The notes under the pieces: generated by a model
What the model was told of the DNA's origin: nothing
Databases searched by the model: none
The model's input: the letters and a program-made list of their open reading frames with translations, nothing else
IMG/VR virus record: IMGVR_UViG_3300017716_001496
Span: 1 to 37,098 of that record
Length of the DNA stretch: 37,098 bases
DNA from: a virus
Lineage: Duplodnaviria > Caudoviricetes
Strand: one strand, 5' to 3'
In this document: one piece after another, positions 16,061 through 25,714 of the stretch
How positions within the stretch are numbered: position 1 is the first letter of the stretch
How the letters are laid out: each line of letters begins with the position of its first letter
Translations under genes and position numbers: made by a program

Positions 16061-16966
16061 ATGACTATGACTCGTGCACTCCACCCGGCCGACCTCTGGC
16101 CTGGTATCAAGGCTCACTTCGGCAAAGCCTACAAGTCGATGGAGAAGCAGTATTCGCGCTACTTCGAGGACAAGTCTTCGGACAAGGCTTACGAAGAGTT
16201 CGTCGAATCCACGACGTTCGGCCTGCCGGACATCAAGAACGAAGGCCAAGCGATCCGCTTCGACACCGACAGCGAGGGCTACAAGACCCGTCTCACGAAC
16301 GTGGTCTGGGGCCTTGGCTGGATGGCTTCCCGCGAAGAGATCGAGGACAACCAATACGAAAGCCGGGCGGCTCGCCGTTCGCGCAACCTCGCCTATTCGA
16401 TGGGCCAGTCCAAAGAGATCGTTCACGCCGCGCACTTCAACAACGGCTTCAGCACTTCTTACGCTGGCGGCGATGGCGCGGCTCTGTTCTCGACGGCTCA
16501 CCCGACGCTTGCCGGCAACAAGGCCAACAAGCCGACTGTTGCTGCCGACCTGTCGGAAGCGGCGCTGGAAGACAACCGCATCTCCATCCGCCTGATGACC
16601 AACAGCCGCGGCCTCAAGATGTACTTCCGCGCGAAGGAACTGGTTGTTCCTCCGCAGCTCGAGTTCACCGCTGAGCGCCTGCTGAAGTCGGAGAAACAGC
16701 CGGGAACGGCCAACAACGACATCAACGCCAACAAGTCCGTTTCGATGGGCGGTGGATACTCGGTCTATGACTACCTGACCGATGCCAAGGCGTGGTTCCT
16801 GACGGTCGATAACGTGCCGGAAGGCATGGTTACGCTTCAGCGCCGCAAGCTGGAGATGGACCAGGACAACGACTGGGACACCGAGAACGCGAAAGCCAAG
16901 GCCACCGAGCGCTATATCTCGGGCTGGGTCGATTGGCGCGCCATCTGGGGCGTTCAGGGTACCTGA
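16061..16966 (+). CDS. Major capsid protein (Mu gpT-like family)
   Basis: Strong SD AAGGAGG. SSDKAYEE, GGDGAALFSTAHP, LVVPPQLEFTAERLLKS and DYLTDAKAWFL motifs. Confidence 0.9.
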   Translation: MTMTRALHPADLWPGIKAHFGKAYKSMEKQYSRYFEDKSSDKAYEEFVESTTFGLPDIKNEGQAIRFDTDSEGYKTRLTNVVWGLGWMASREEIEDNQYESRAARRSRNLAYSMGQSKEIVHAAHFNNGFSTSYAGGDGAALFSTAHPTLAGNKANKPTVAADLSEAALEDNRISIRLMTNSRGLKMYFRAKELVVPPQLEFTAERLLKSEKQPGTANNDINANKSVSMGGGYSVYDYLTDAKAWFLTVDNVPEGMVTLQRRKLEMDQDNDWDTENAKAKATERYISGWVDWRAIWGVQGT

Positions 16967-16993
16967 TCGCTCGATTTCTTCCTCACCACTTAC

Positions 16994-17027
16994 GGGGCGT
17001 CCGGCTAATCACCGGACGCCTTCTTCT
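16994..17027 (+). terminator. Probable intrinsic terminator/attenuator after the major capsid gene
   Basis: GGCGTCCGG-CTAATCA-CCGGACGCC followed by TTCTTCT. Confidence 0.65.
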
Positions 17028-17044
17028 CATGAAAGGCGCCCCAA

Positions 17045-17740
17045 GTGGCTTCTCCTCCGATGCGCATCCCTGCGGGGATTACCAACGTCCGCCCGACCGA
17101 TCCGCTTGCCATGTTCGGCATGCTCGATCCGACAAAGTGGATTACCTACTTCAACGACTTCCACGAATATCTGGCGGGCGAGTGGACCGTCACGGCCACC
17201 GGCGCTGGCACGACCGCGCTCACCGACATCAACGGCGGCGCGATCCTCCTGACCAACGCTGCGGCTGACAACGACAACCGCTTCCACCAGAAGGTCGGCG
17301 AAGGCTTCCTGCTGGCGGCGAACAAGCAGGCGTTCTTCAAGACCCGCTTCAAGGTCTCGGACGCTACCGAATCTGACGTCGTGATCGGCCTGCAAGTGAC
17401 GGATACGACCCCGCTGGACGTGACGGATGGCATTTACTTCCTGAAGGCAGACGGCGCGGCGACTATCGACTTCATCTGCCGCAAGGACGCGACGACGGGG
17501 TCCAACAGCGACTCGGCCATCGCCTCGCTGGTCAGCGATACCTTCATCACCTTGGCTTGGTATTTCGACGGCGTTTCCACCGTGAAATACTGGGTTGATG
17601 GCGTGCTTGACGGAGAAGTCAGCGGCTCGTCAACCTACCTGCCGGATACCGAACTGACGATCTCGTTCGGCATCCAGAACGGGGAAGCCGTCGCAAAAAC
17701 GATGACAGTGGATTACATTTTCGCCGCTCTGGAAAGGTAA
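17045..17740 (+). CDS. Virion structural protein with ConA-like beta domain (231 aa)
   Basis: GTG start with AAAGG SD. YFNDF...FITLAWYFDG..VKYWVDG pattern. Confidence 0.75.
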   Translation: MASPPMRIPAGITNVRPTDPLAMFGMLDPTKWITYFNDFHEYLAGEWTVTATGAGTTALTDINGGAILLTNAAADNDNRFHQKVGEGFLLAANKQAFFKTRFKVSDATESDVVIGLQVTDTTPLDVTDGIYFLKADGAATIDFICRKDATTGSNSDSAIASLVSDTFITLAWYFDGVSTVKYWVDGVLDGEVSGSSTYLPDTELTISFGIQNGEAVAKTMTVDYIFAALER

Positions 17741-17744
17741 TCCG

Positions 17745-18374
17745 ATGCGCCCGTTTTCCAAGCTTTATTCGCCGGCTGCTGAATCCACGACCGGCATCGT
17801 CAACGGTGCAACGGGCGCAACCTCTCCCCTGACGCTGGCAGCGTCGGGGGCAGGGGACAGCCTTGCTCATCAGCTCAGTATCACCAGCGCGGCCAACATC
17901 TCTGCCATCACATTTACGGTGACGGGAACGGATGCGGACGGCGTGACCCAGACCGAGGCCATCACAGGCCCGAACGCCACGACGGTCGAATCCACCAGCT
18001 ACTTCCTGACCGTGACCTCCATCACGATCAGCGCAACGCTGGGGGCCAACACAGCGAACGTCGGCTGGGTCGATGAGATCGTTACCCCGACCATCCCGCT
18101 TGAGACGTACGCGCGCGGTGCGTCCGCAAACGTGGATATCACGGGAACCATCAACTACACGGTGCAGGGCACGCATTCTGACATGCGGACGCGGGCTGAC
18201 GACGGCGCATTCAACTGGTTCGACATCTCGGACCCGAACATTGACGTCATCGACATCACGACTGACGTGCAATTCGGCCTGTTCCCGATTCCGCGGGCTA
18301 TTCGTCTCAAGACGAACAGCTACTCGACCGGGGCGACGGCGCGGCTGCTCATCGTTCACACGCTGGATTGCTAA
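17745..18374 (+). CDS. Thr-rich structural protein (209 aa)
   Basis: ITFTVTGTDADG..QTEAITGPNATTV...YFLTVTSI pattern found in podoviral virion proteins. Confidence 0.75.
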   Translation: MRPFSKLYSPAAESTTGIVNGATGATSPLTLAASGAGDSLAHQLSITSAANISAITFTVTGTDADGVTQTEAITGPNATTVESTSYFLTVTSITISATLGANTANVGWVDEIVTPTIPLETYARGASANVDITGTINYTVQGTHSDMRTRADDGAFNWFDISDPNIDVIDITTDVQFGLFPIPRAIRLKTNSYSTGATARLLIVHTLDC

Positions 18375-18376
18375 GC

Positions 18377-18655
18377 ATGACCTGGAAGGGCGCATATGTT
18401 CCGGGTGGCGGCTATGCCATCTGCGATCGATGCATGAAGCGGGTCCGCATCTTTGACCTGCGCACCGAGTGGAGCAATTCGCGCGTGTGCGACCGTTGCT
18501 ATGACCCGCGCCCTGTCCACCTCTCTACGCCAGTCCTGAAGCCGGGTGAGGGCGCTCCCTTGCCCGGCGCGCGGCCTGACGTGCTGATCGAAGCCGATGA
18601 CGATGACCTGCCATTCCCGTTCCGTGACGGGACGGAGTGGGAGCCCCCGACATGA
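18377..18655 (+). CDS. Small CxxC...CxxC (zinc-binding) head-completion protein
   Basis: AICDRC...VCDRCYDPRP. Start is likely ATG 18377. ATGA overlap with the next gene. Confidence 0.75.
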   Translation: MTWKGAYVPGGGYAICDRCMKRVRIFDLRTEWSNSRVCDRCYDPRPVHLSTPVLKPGEGAPLPGARPDVLIEADDDDLPFPFRDGTEWEPPT

Positions 18656-19323
18656 CCATCAGCTATACGAAGAACGCGGGCGAGCTTGTGGAAGGCGCTT
18701 TGAGGCGCGTCCAGATGCTTGGGTCTGGGCAGAGCGTTGATGCGCATGTCTGGACGGTGGCGAAAGACCATATGAACGGTTTGCTCAAGATTATCGTGAC
18801 GCAGGGGCCGAGCGAGTGGCGCCGTGCGACACAGACGCCGACCATGGTAGCCTCGCAAGCCTATGTGACATGCTCACCGAGGCCGGATCGCGTGCATCGG
18901 GTTTACTACCGGAACGCTTCCGGCTTCGACCTTGAATTGCAGCAATGGAACATGGACGACTACGAGCGCATCCCGGTGAAGACCTCAACGGGACGGCCTA
19001 CCGTGTTTGCTGTGGATCGCCAGAGAACGGCGACGACGATTTACCTGTGGCCTGTGCCTGATGCGACCATCGCAGCCGGCACGCTGCGGGTATCTTATGA
19101 ACGTGTCCCCGAGGACATTGTGAACACCAGCGATGACGTGGACGTGCCCCAAGAGGCATTGGACATTCTCATGGACATGGTCGGAGCGCGGACTGCCCAG
19201 AGCTTCCAGCTCGGCGGCATGCCACAAGTGATCGCTGCGCATGAGCGCGGCCTCGGAAACCTGAACGAGTTCTTGAATTACGATCGCGGATATTCCGTCC
19301 GCTTCGCTATAACATCGGAGTAG
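18652..19323 (+). CDS. Head-tail adaptor / tail tubular protein (P22 gp4-like)
   Basis: ELVEGALRRV...YERIPVKTSTGRPT...IYLWPVPD motif. Start is ATG 18652 (ATGA overlap). Confidence 0.8.
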   Translation: MTISYTKNAGELVEGALRRVQMLGSGQSVDAHVWTVAKDHMNGLLKIIVTQGPSEWRRATQTPTMVASQAYVTCSPRPDRVHRVYYRNASGFDLELQQWNMDDYERIPVKTSTGRPTVFAVDRQRTATTIYLWPVPDATIAAGTLRVSYERVPEDIVNTSDDVDVPQEALDILMDMVGARTAQSFQLGGMPQVIAAHERGLGNLNEFLNYDRGYSVRFAITSE

Positions 19324-19327
19324 AACC

Positions 19328-19510
19328 ATGGCGAAGACCCGCCTCGACGACAAAGCAATCAAGGCGCTCAAGATGGCGCTGCGCACGAAGCTGGGCGTCT
19401 CCAAGCCCAAGGCAAAGGCCAAGCCCAAGCGCGAAGAAGTGGAAGAGGCCGACGACGAGCCCGCCCCGCGCGCGAAGAAGGTTGAGCGTCTTGGCTTTGC
19501 CGACCTGTGA
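19328..19510 (+). CDS. Small Lys-rich protein (60 aa)
   Basis: SD GGAG. GTGA overlap with the next gene. Confidence 0.6.
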   Translation: MAKTRLDDKAIKALKMALRTKLGVSKPKAKAKPKREEVEEADDEPAPRAKKVERLGFADL

Positions 19511-20235
19511 TTCAGCGGACGCTGGATGGCGCGTTCCTGACGGAAGTCGCCAATCATCCAGAGGTAAGGCCGTGGCTGGGCGGTGACGGGTATATCGATC
19601 TGAGGCAGGCAATCGCCACGCCTGAGAACGTCGCGCTGCAATGTGATGGCGGCGGGTTTGTCTTCAATCGCATCGGGGACGCGCTTTACGAAGCGCACTC
19701 GCTGTTCCTGCCGGAATATCGCGGGACGTTTGCAGTCCGCGAGTTGCAAGCTGCGTTGCGCTATATGTTCACGGCGACGGACTGTCTGGAAATCCTGACG
19801 CGGGTTCCAGATGGCAATAAGGCGGCGCGCATGTTTGCTGCGCTCGCTGGCGGGCGTGAAGTCTATCGCCTGGAGCATGACCCGAAGTTCGGCGGCAAGC
19901 CGGTTGCGGTGCAGTCCCTGACGCTGGAGGCATGGCGGCGCCGGGATGCGGAGTGTCTGTCCGAGGGGCTTGCTTTCCACGAACTGCTTGAAGCGGCGGG
20001 GGAGCACGACGGCCACCCCGAAGAAGATGCGCATGACCGGGCAGTTGGCGCGGCGGTTCTCATGTTCAAACGGAACAACTACGCGAAGGCGGTCTGGTCT
20101 TATAATCGTTGGGCGGTGATGGCGGGCTATCAGTCCGTTGAACTCGCCTCCACGTCGCCTGTGATTATTTCAATGGGCAAGGCGTTCATCGCCATGCTGG
20201 ACGGACGTATTGAGGTCATGAAATGCCCGTTGTAG
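19507..20235 (+). CDS. P22 gp14-like GNAT-fold virion-associated protein
   Basis: VANHPEVRPWLG...YEAHSLFLPEYRG...ILTRVPDGN pattern. Position just before the ejection genes. Confidence 0.65.
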   Translation: MIQRTLDGAFLTEVANHPEVRPWLGGDGYIDLRQAIATPENVALQCDGGGFVFNRIGDALYEAHSLFLPEYRGTFAVRELQAALRYMFTATDCLEILTRVPDGNKAARMFAALAGGREVYRLEHDPKFGGKPVAVQSLTLEAWRRRDAECLSEGLAFHELLEAAGEHDGHPEEDAHDRAVGAAVLMFKRNNYAKAVWSYNRWAVMAGYQSVELASTSPVIISMGKAFIAMLDGRIEVMKCPL

Positions 20236-21170
20236 CAATCACGACTGCCGTTGGCGCTGGGGCCTCGATCTACTCGTCCAACCAGCAAGCGCGGGCCACG
20301 CGAAACGCCGCGAACCAGCAGCAGACGGCAGCGGACCAGTCTATCGCCTACCAGCGCGAGGCACGAGACTACGCCCGGCAGGTGCTGAGCAAATACAGCG
20401 TCGAGGGCGATGCTGCACGCGGCAAGATGAACACCTTCCTTGGCCTGCGTCCTGCTGCGCCATCGACGGCGAACGGCGGCGGGCTTCCGCCGGTCACAGG
20501 TATGGGCGCCCCGGTTCAGGGCCAGCAACAGCAGCTTCCGGCCAATGGTCGCGGGTTCATTGCAGAGGCGCGACTTGCAGAGCGTGAGGCCAACAGGGCG
20601 ACTGACACGCCTATGGGCGTGGCTGCTGATCCCGCTGCTGCCGACCCGACGCAGACGCCTGCCGAGACGCAGGAACAGGCCTGGTCTGAATACCAGCAAA
20701 CGCCATGGGGACGCATCGGGCAGATGGAGGCGGACAAGGCGGGCGAGCAGTTCCTGTCCAATGCCGGGGCGCGCGGCGCGGCGCTCTCGGGGCGCGTGAT
20801 CCGGGGCACGGCAGAACTGGCGAACGAAGCGCAACTGCGAAACTTCACGGGCTATTATGGCGCGCTCGGCGGGGTAGCGGACACAGGGTTCAACGCTGAC
20901 AGCGGCATTGCCTCGGGTGGGCAGCAGTTTGCGAACTCGGCGTCCAATGTCATGGCGGCGAACGCGAACAACCAGAGCAACCTTTCCATCCAGCAGGGCC
21001 AGAACGCGGCCAACACGACCAATGACCTCGCAAGCTGGGTCGGCTGGGGTATCGGGCAATGGCCGCAAGGAAACGCTGGCGGAACGTCCAGTTCGTTTGT
21101 CTCCTCACCCACATCAGCAGGACGCGGGCGCACGGGTGGCCTTAGCGGTCTCGGGAGCCGTATCGGATGA
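20223..21170 (+). CDS. DNA ejection/pilot protein (P22 gp7-like)
   Basis: Hydrophobic N-terminus AVGAGASIYSSNQQA, Gln/Ala/Gly-rich, with AGARGAALSGR motif. Confidence 0.7.
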   Translation: MPVVAITTAVGAGASIYSSNQQARATRNAANQQQTAADQSIAYQREARDYARQVLSKYSVEGDAARGKMNTFLGLRPAAPSTANGGGLPPVTGMGAPVQGQQQQLPANGRGFIAEARLAEREANRATDTPMGVAADPAAADPTQTPAETQEQAWSEYQQTPWGRIGQMEADKAGEQFLSNAGARGAALSGRVIRGTAELANEAQLRNFTGYYGALGGVADTGFNADSGIASGGQQFANSASNVMAANANNQSNLSIQQGQNAANTTNDLASWVGWGIGQWPQGNAGGTSSSFVSSPTSAGRGRTGGLSGLGSRIG

Positions 21171-22564
21171 GCACGTTTCAGAGCTTCCAGACGGGCCTCA
21201 TGGCGGGTCAGCAGCAGGCCAAGATGCGGCGCGAGGACGACGCGCGCACGAAAGCGGCTGATGCTTTCAAGAGCGGCAACTATGACGGCGCATCGCAGTC
21301 GCTCATGGGCGTGGGGCTGATGGATGAGGCGAACACCTACGGCCAGATGGGCGAGGCAGCGACGAAGCGCAAACGCACAGAGGCTTACGCTGGCGCGCTT
21401 GGTGGCGCAGCAGACCCCAAGGCGGGCTATCAAGCTGTGAGGGGCCTCGCTGCGAAGGAAGGCGATATTGGCACGATGCAGCAGATTGACCAAGCCATCG
21501 CAGGCATGGACGAGACGCAGGCGAAGCAGTTCGCGGCCGGCATGGAGTTCCTTGGCTCCACCGCAATGAGCATGAAAAACGTGCCACCCGAAGAGCGCGG
21601 GCAGGTCGCCATGGATATCCTGCAAAAGACCCCCTACGCGAACCCGCAGGTTCTGGCGCAGATCCAGCAAGCAGCGGCAGACGGGCGCATTACGGACGAA
21701 GAGCTGGACAACTTCGCACAGCAGACCATCAGCGTTGCCAAGCGTGTCGAAGCGCAGATGGAGGCGAACAAGCCTTACACGCTCAGCCCCGGTCAGATTC
21801 GGATGCAGAACGGTAAGGAGGTTGCACGCGGCGCCCCTAAGACGCCCGGCAACGGCATTCAGCTTGAGTTTGGCGAGGATGGTTCAATCGCAGGTCTCAG
21901 CATCGGCGGAACGGGTCCAAAGGGAAGCGAGCCGTCTATCGTGCGTGGGCCGGGTAATCAGCCTGTTGTCTCGCCCGGCAAACAGCAGCTTGCCTTGAAC
22001 AAAGACTGGAAGGCCATTCAGGACTTCGAGGCTAGCAACAAGCTTGTAACCGAAGAGATTGACCGCGCGCTTGGCGTCACGAATGGCGGCTCAACCGGCG
22101 CGATGGCGTGGATGTCGGAAATTCCATTCATCGGCAACTCAACCGACGCCGGGCGGCTCAAGAACCTCGTGGGCACGATCAAGGCCAACGTCGGCTTCGA
22201 CAAACTCCAGTCCATGCGCGAGAACAGCCCGACAGGTGGCGCGCTTGGGTCGATCACGGAGAAGGAGATCGCGTTCCTTCAAGCTGTGTTCGGTTCGCTG
22301 GAAACCTCGCAGCGCGAGGAAGACGTCCGCTACAACCTCAACCGCATCAAGACCTTCTTGGAAGGCCGCGGCGAACGTCTCAAGGCCGCATTCGCGCAGG
22401 ATTATCCCGACCTTGCCCAGTTTGCAGGCTTTGGGAAGCAGGTCACAAACGAGATAAAGCGCTTGAACTCCGACCCGAACAAGGCCGTCGAGGAATACAA
22501 CGCACTCCCGTCAGGCGCTTTCTACATCGACCCGGACACCGGCAAGAAGAAGCAGAAGAAGTAG
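21167..22564 (+). CDS. DNA ejection protein (internal virion protein, gp20-like position)
   Basis: Helical, Ala/Gln-rich. C-terminal IKANVGFDKLQSMRENSPTGGALGSITEKEIAFLQ motif typical of podoviral core proteins. Confidence 0.7.
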   Translation: MSTFQSFQTGLMAGQQQAKMRREDDARTKAADAFKSGNYDGASQSLMGVGLMDEANTYGQMGEAATKRKRTEAYAGALGGAADPKAGYQAVRGLAAKEGDIGTMQQIDQAIAGMDETQAKQFAAGMEFLGSTAMSMKNVPPEERGQVAMDILQKTPYANPQVLAQIQQAAADGRITDEELDNFAQQTISVAKRVEAQMEANKPYTLSPGQIRMQNGKEVARGAPKTPGNGIQLEFGEDGSIAGLSIGGTGPKGSEPSIVRGPGNQPVVSPGKQQLALNKDWKAIQDFEASNKLVTEEIDRALGVTNGGSTGAMAWMSEIPFIGNSTDAGRLKNLVGTIKANVGFDKLQSMRENSPTGGALGSITEKEIAFLQAVFGSLETSQREEDVRYNLNRIKTFLEGRGERLKAAFAQDYPDLAQFAGFGKQVTNEIKRLNSDPNKAVEEYNALPSGAFYIDPDTGKKKQKK

Positions 22565-25500
22565 ATGGCAAAGCCCTACGACTTTTCCACCGCCTTGATG
22601 GTTCCGCGCCAGTCTGGCCCCAAGGCCAAGGCACGGGCGGATCAAGTTGCCATCGAGAAGCGCCGTCGCGAGTTAATCGACGAGAAGCAGACGATGGACG
22701 CGCGCAAGGAGGACCAGGTTCTCGCGAACATTCGCCGGCAGAGCTATCAGGCGATCGACGGCATGCAGTTCGCGCCGCAAAACCCGATCCAGTACAAGAA
22801 CACCGTCCCGGCCGTTGAGCTTAGCCAAGCCCCGCTTCAGCCGGGCACGGAAATGGCTGTCGGCGGTCCCGGCGATGACAAGCCCGCACCGTGGGCAAAT
22901 GATCCCGTTGTCGAGGATGACGCGCCTCCCGCTGCAAGCGCAAAACCGTGGGACAGCGACCCCGTAGTCGAGGACGACACACCGACCAACGACATTGATG
23001 CGGCGATCAACGAAGCAGCCAACGCCGTTCCGGGCGGCTATGACAAGTGGCTTGCCGACAACGGCTACCCCGCGCGCGATCCGCTCGCCAAGCCGGGTAC
23101 GCCAGTTCGCGAGCGCGACCTGTTCGACAAGGCGCAGGCCGGAGAAGTCAAGAACGCGCCAGAGCCCGCATGGAACGAGCAACTTGCCGACATGCTGGGC
23201 AAGGGCGTGGACTTCCTCATGGAGCCCATCAACAGCCGGGACGCAGGGCCTAACGATCCCATCAAGCCGCTGACGCAAGGCTTCGTGGAGCCCATGGCGC
23301 GGTTTCCCGAGGCGCTGGCCCGTGATCCGCTCAAGACCGTTGCACAGGACTATAACCCGATCTTCCAGACGGGCATGGGCTACAAGGACGTTGAGAGCGC
23401 GGCCGGCAAAGCCCTACAGGGCAAGTTTGACGAGGCAGGCCCGCAGGCGCTGCAGGGCGTCACCCAGATGGGCATGGGCGCGCTGGGGCTCTTGGGCGTC
23501 AAAGGTGGCCCGAAGGCTCCAGCACCGCTCAGGGCGACGTCTGTGGCTCAGGCAGAGCGCATGGCGGCGAACACGACTATTCCGCCCTCAGTCGTCGCTA
23601 AGCCGCCGCCTGTTAGCAAACCCTCCATCCGCGACACGCGGAAGACCCTCCAAGCGACTGTCCTCCCGAACAGCGTCATCCGTCCGCAGGCTTGGAAGGC
23701 TGTTGAGCGTGTCCTCGTCAACAGTGGCGTACCCCGTGACCGCGTAACGCTTGCGCTCACTCGCCTCAATGATGCGGCTAAGGCTCTCGGTAGCGGTACG
23801 GAAGGCCAAGTCGGTGGCGCGCTTGCGGGCTCTGGCCGCGCTCCAACGCTCGCGCAATTTCTTGAACGTGAGTTTCGCGATGAGTTCCCGGAGATAAGAC
23901 AGAATATTCGCACCGTATTGCTGGAGCGGAGACTATCCCGCACTGCGGGCGATCGGAGCCCTACCACCGTTCGCGATACCGTCCAAGATATGCGGGGTTC
24001 GCAGGTTCCGTATCTTGAGGAAAGCCTCAACAAGAACCTTGGGGATACGGCCCGCACAGGCACGCGCGCACAAGTCGCTGAAAACCTGAAGCAAATTGGC
24101 GAGGAAGGCTATAAGCCCATCGTCAGCCAGACGGCGACCCCAGAACGTGCAACGGCGATTCAGTCCGTATTGACCGGCCCTGGCATGAACGAGCTAGGCC
24201 GTCCGCTGCGCCAGATCGCGGCAGGCGAGGGCATCGACATTGAACAGATGATTGCTCAGCGCCCCATCGAAGCGGCGCACTGGATGCAGCATAAGGCCCG
24301 TCTCCTGGCCGAAGAGAACGGCGACACTGCTCTAGGCAACGCTTACGGCAAGATGCGCGACCGCATCCTCAAAACGATTGACGACCTCACGGCGCCCGAT
24401 GGGCGGACCTATGCGCAAATCCGCAAGGAATACGGCGACGAGGCTGGCATCAAAACCGCGTTGACGGCCGGCGACAGGTTCGGCGCAATTGTCCGCAACC
24501 CCGATGGCGCGAACCAGTTCATTGAGAAATTCAAGGAAGCGACACCCGAACAGCAAGCGGCGCAGTTGGCGTCCATTCGCGACTGGGCAGGCGGCAAGCT
24601 TCGCGGCGGCGGTGAAGAGGGCGCGGCGCGGATGACCGAGCTGCAGAACATCGCCGTTCTGGACACGCTCGAAAAGCTCGGCCCGCAGGGCAAGGCGCTT
24701 GCCGACGATATCCGCGCAATCCGCGATGAAGAGCAGTTCCTGGGCAGCTTCTTTCCGAAATCGGAATCCGCCTCGATCACAAACTCTGTGGCGCTTTCAC
24801 AAGGCCCGGATATCTATTCGCGCAATGCCAAAGGATCGCTCGGGGCCTCAACTGCCGCGGACGGCGCACTGATGGCTGCTGGCGCAACTCAAGCGCCCAT
24901 ACTCACCGCGCTCCGCCAAGGGCCGAAGCTCTATCGCGGCCTGATGCAGCCCAAGACGGCAACCCGCGAGGACATGACGCGGCTGTTGATGGCCCGCCCC
25001 GGCGCACGTCCCAAAGGCGAGACAGTCGCACCGCCCCCCGCTCCCCCCACAAGGACAATCCCTCCGAGGGGGCCGGAGCCTGCAAAGATCGGTCAGACGC
25101 AGAATGTCGCCAACGTCACCACGCAGGACGGGCGCGTCTACGAGGTCAAAGCCGAAGTCTTCAAAGACCGCGATGCGACGGTCATGTCTCCGATGTACCC
25201 GTCTAACATCGCGGACGATCTGGAAGGCGCTATCCGTCACCAGCGCAGCACGCAATCGGCGCGCAAGGCTGGTCTGGACGTGGTGAACGATGCCCCCCGC
25301 GCGCCAGACTGGGCCGAACAGAACCCCACAGAGTGGGGCGACGTTCAACGCCAAGTCGGAGAGCGTTTCCTCGGCATGGTGAACTCGACGCCGGGGCCAC
25401 ATATCCTCGCGCTGGTCGATGGCGTGGATATCAACTCGCTCGCGACGCTGATCGAGGACGGACTGCCTAAAGGCAAGGTCATCATGCGCTCGCCCGGTAA

Positions 25501-25705
25501 TGGCGAACTGGCCGTGGTCAATCGCGGACAAGTGCCGGAACAGTTTGCGCGCTGGGAGACTTACTCCAACCTCCGCTTCAACCAGAAACAGGGCATTCTC
25601 CCGCCTCCCGCAGAGTGGGCAAGCGCGAAACCTGCGGCAACGTCGGCCCCCTCCAGCGTCACCCCGCTCAAGCCCGCTCCCAAGCCTCCTACGCGCAAGA
25701 ACTAG
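22565..25705 (+). CDS. Large DNA ejection protein (gp16-like position, 1046 aa)
   Basis: Third and largest internal-protein gene. PW..DPVVEDD repeats, a hydrophobic GVTQMGMGALGLLGV segment and Pro-rich linkers. Confidence 0.65.
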   Translation: MAKPYDFSTALMVPRQSGPKAKARADQVAIEKRRRELIDEKQTMDARKEDQVLANIRRQSYQAIDGMQFAPQNPIQYKNTVPAVELSQAPLQPGTEMAVGGPGDDKPAPWANDPVVEDDAPPAASAKPWDSDPVVEDDTPTNDIDAAINEAANAVPGGYDKWLADNGYPARDPLAKPGTPVRERDLFDKAQAGEVKNAPEPAWNEQLADMLGKGVDFLMEPINSRDAGPNDPIKPLTQGFVEPMARFPEALARDPLKTVAQDYNPIFQTGMGYKDVESAAGKALQGKFDEAGPQALQGVTQMGMGALGLLGVKGGPKAPAPLRATSVAQAERMAANTTIPPSVVAKPPPVSKPSIRDTRKTLQATVLPNSVIRPQAWKAVERVLVNSGVPRDRVTLALTRLNDAAKALGSGTEGQVGGALAGSGRAPTLAQFLEREFRDEFPEIRQNIRTVLLERRLSRTAGDRSPTTVRDTVQDMRGSQVPYLEESLNKNLGDTARTGTRAQVAENLKQIGEEGYKPIVSQTATPERATAIQSVLTGPGMNELGRPLRQIAAGEGIDIEQMIAQRPIEAAHWMQHKARLLAEENGDTALGNAYGKMRDRILKTIDDLTAPDGRTYAQIRKEYGDEAGIKTALTAGDRFGAIVRNPDGANQFIEKFKEATPEQQAAQLASIRDWAGGKLRGGGEEGAARMTELQNIAVLDTLEKLGPQGKALADDIRAIRDEEQFLGSFFPKSESASITNSVALSQGPDIYSRNAKGSLGASTAADGALMAAGATQAPILTALRQGPKLYRGLMQPKTATREDMTRLLMARPGARPKGETVAPPPAPPTRTIPPRGPEPAKIGQTQNVANVTTQDGRVYEVKAEVFKDRDATVMSPMYPSNIADDLEGAIRHQRSTQSARKAGLDVVNDAPRAPDWAEQNPTEWGDVQRQVGERFLGMVNSTPGPHILALVDGVDINSLATLIEDGLPKGKVIMRSPGNGELAVVNRGQVPEQFARWETYSNLRFNQKQGILPPPAEWASAKPAATSAPSSVTPLKPAPKPPTRKN
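22889..22978 (+). repeat. Tandem coding repeat PW(A/D)(N/S)DPVVEDD, 2 copies 57 nt apart
   Basis: CCGTGGGCAAATGATCCCGTTGTCGAGGATGAC vs CCGTGGGACAGCGACCCCGTAGTCGAGGACGAC. Confidence 0.75.
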
Positions 25706-25714
25706 GGGCCTCCC

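Noticed and set aside
16054-16674. 206-aa alternate-frame ORF starting beside the capsid SD
   Set aside because: Its ATG is too close to AAGGAGG for efficient initiation. The product is Arg-rich and motif-free, as expected for an off-frame read.
16933-17268. Possible frameshift extension of the major capsid protein
   Set aside because: No slippery heptamer is visible near the capsid stop, a terminator hairpin intervenes, and the next gene has its own start.
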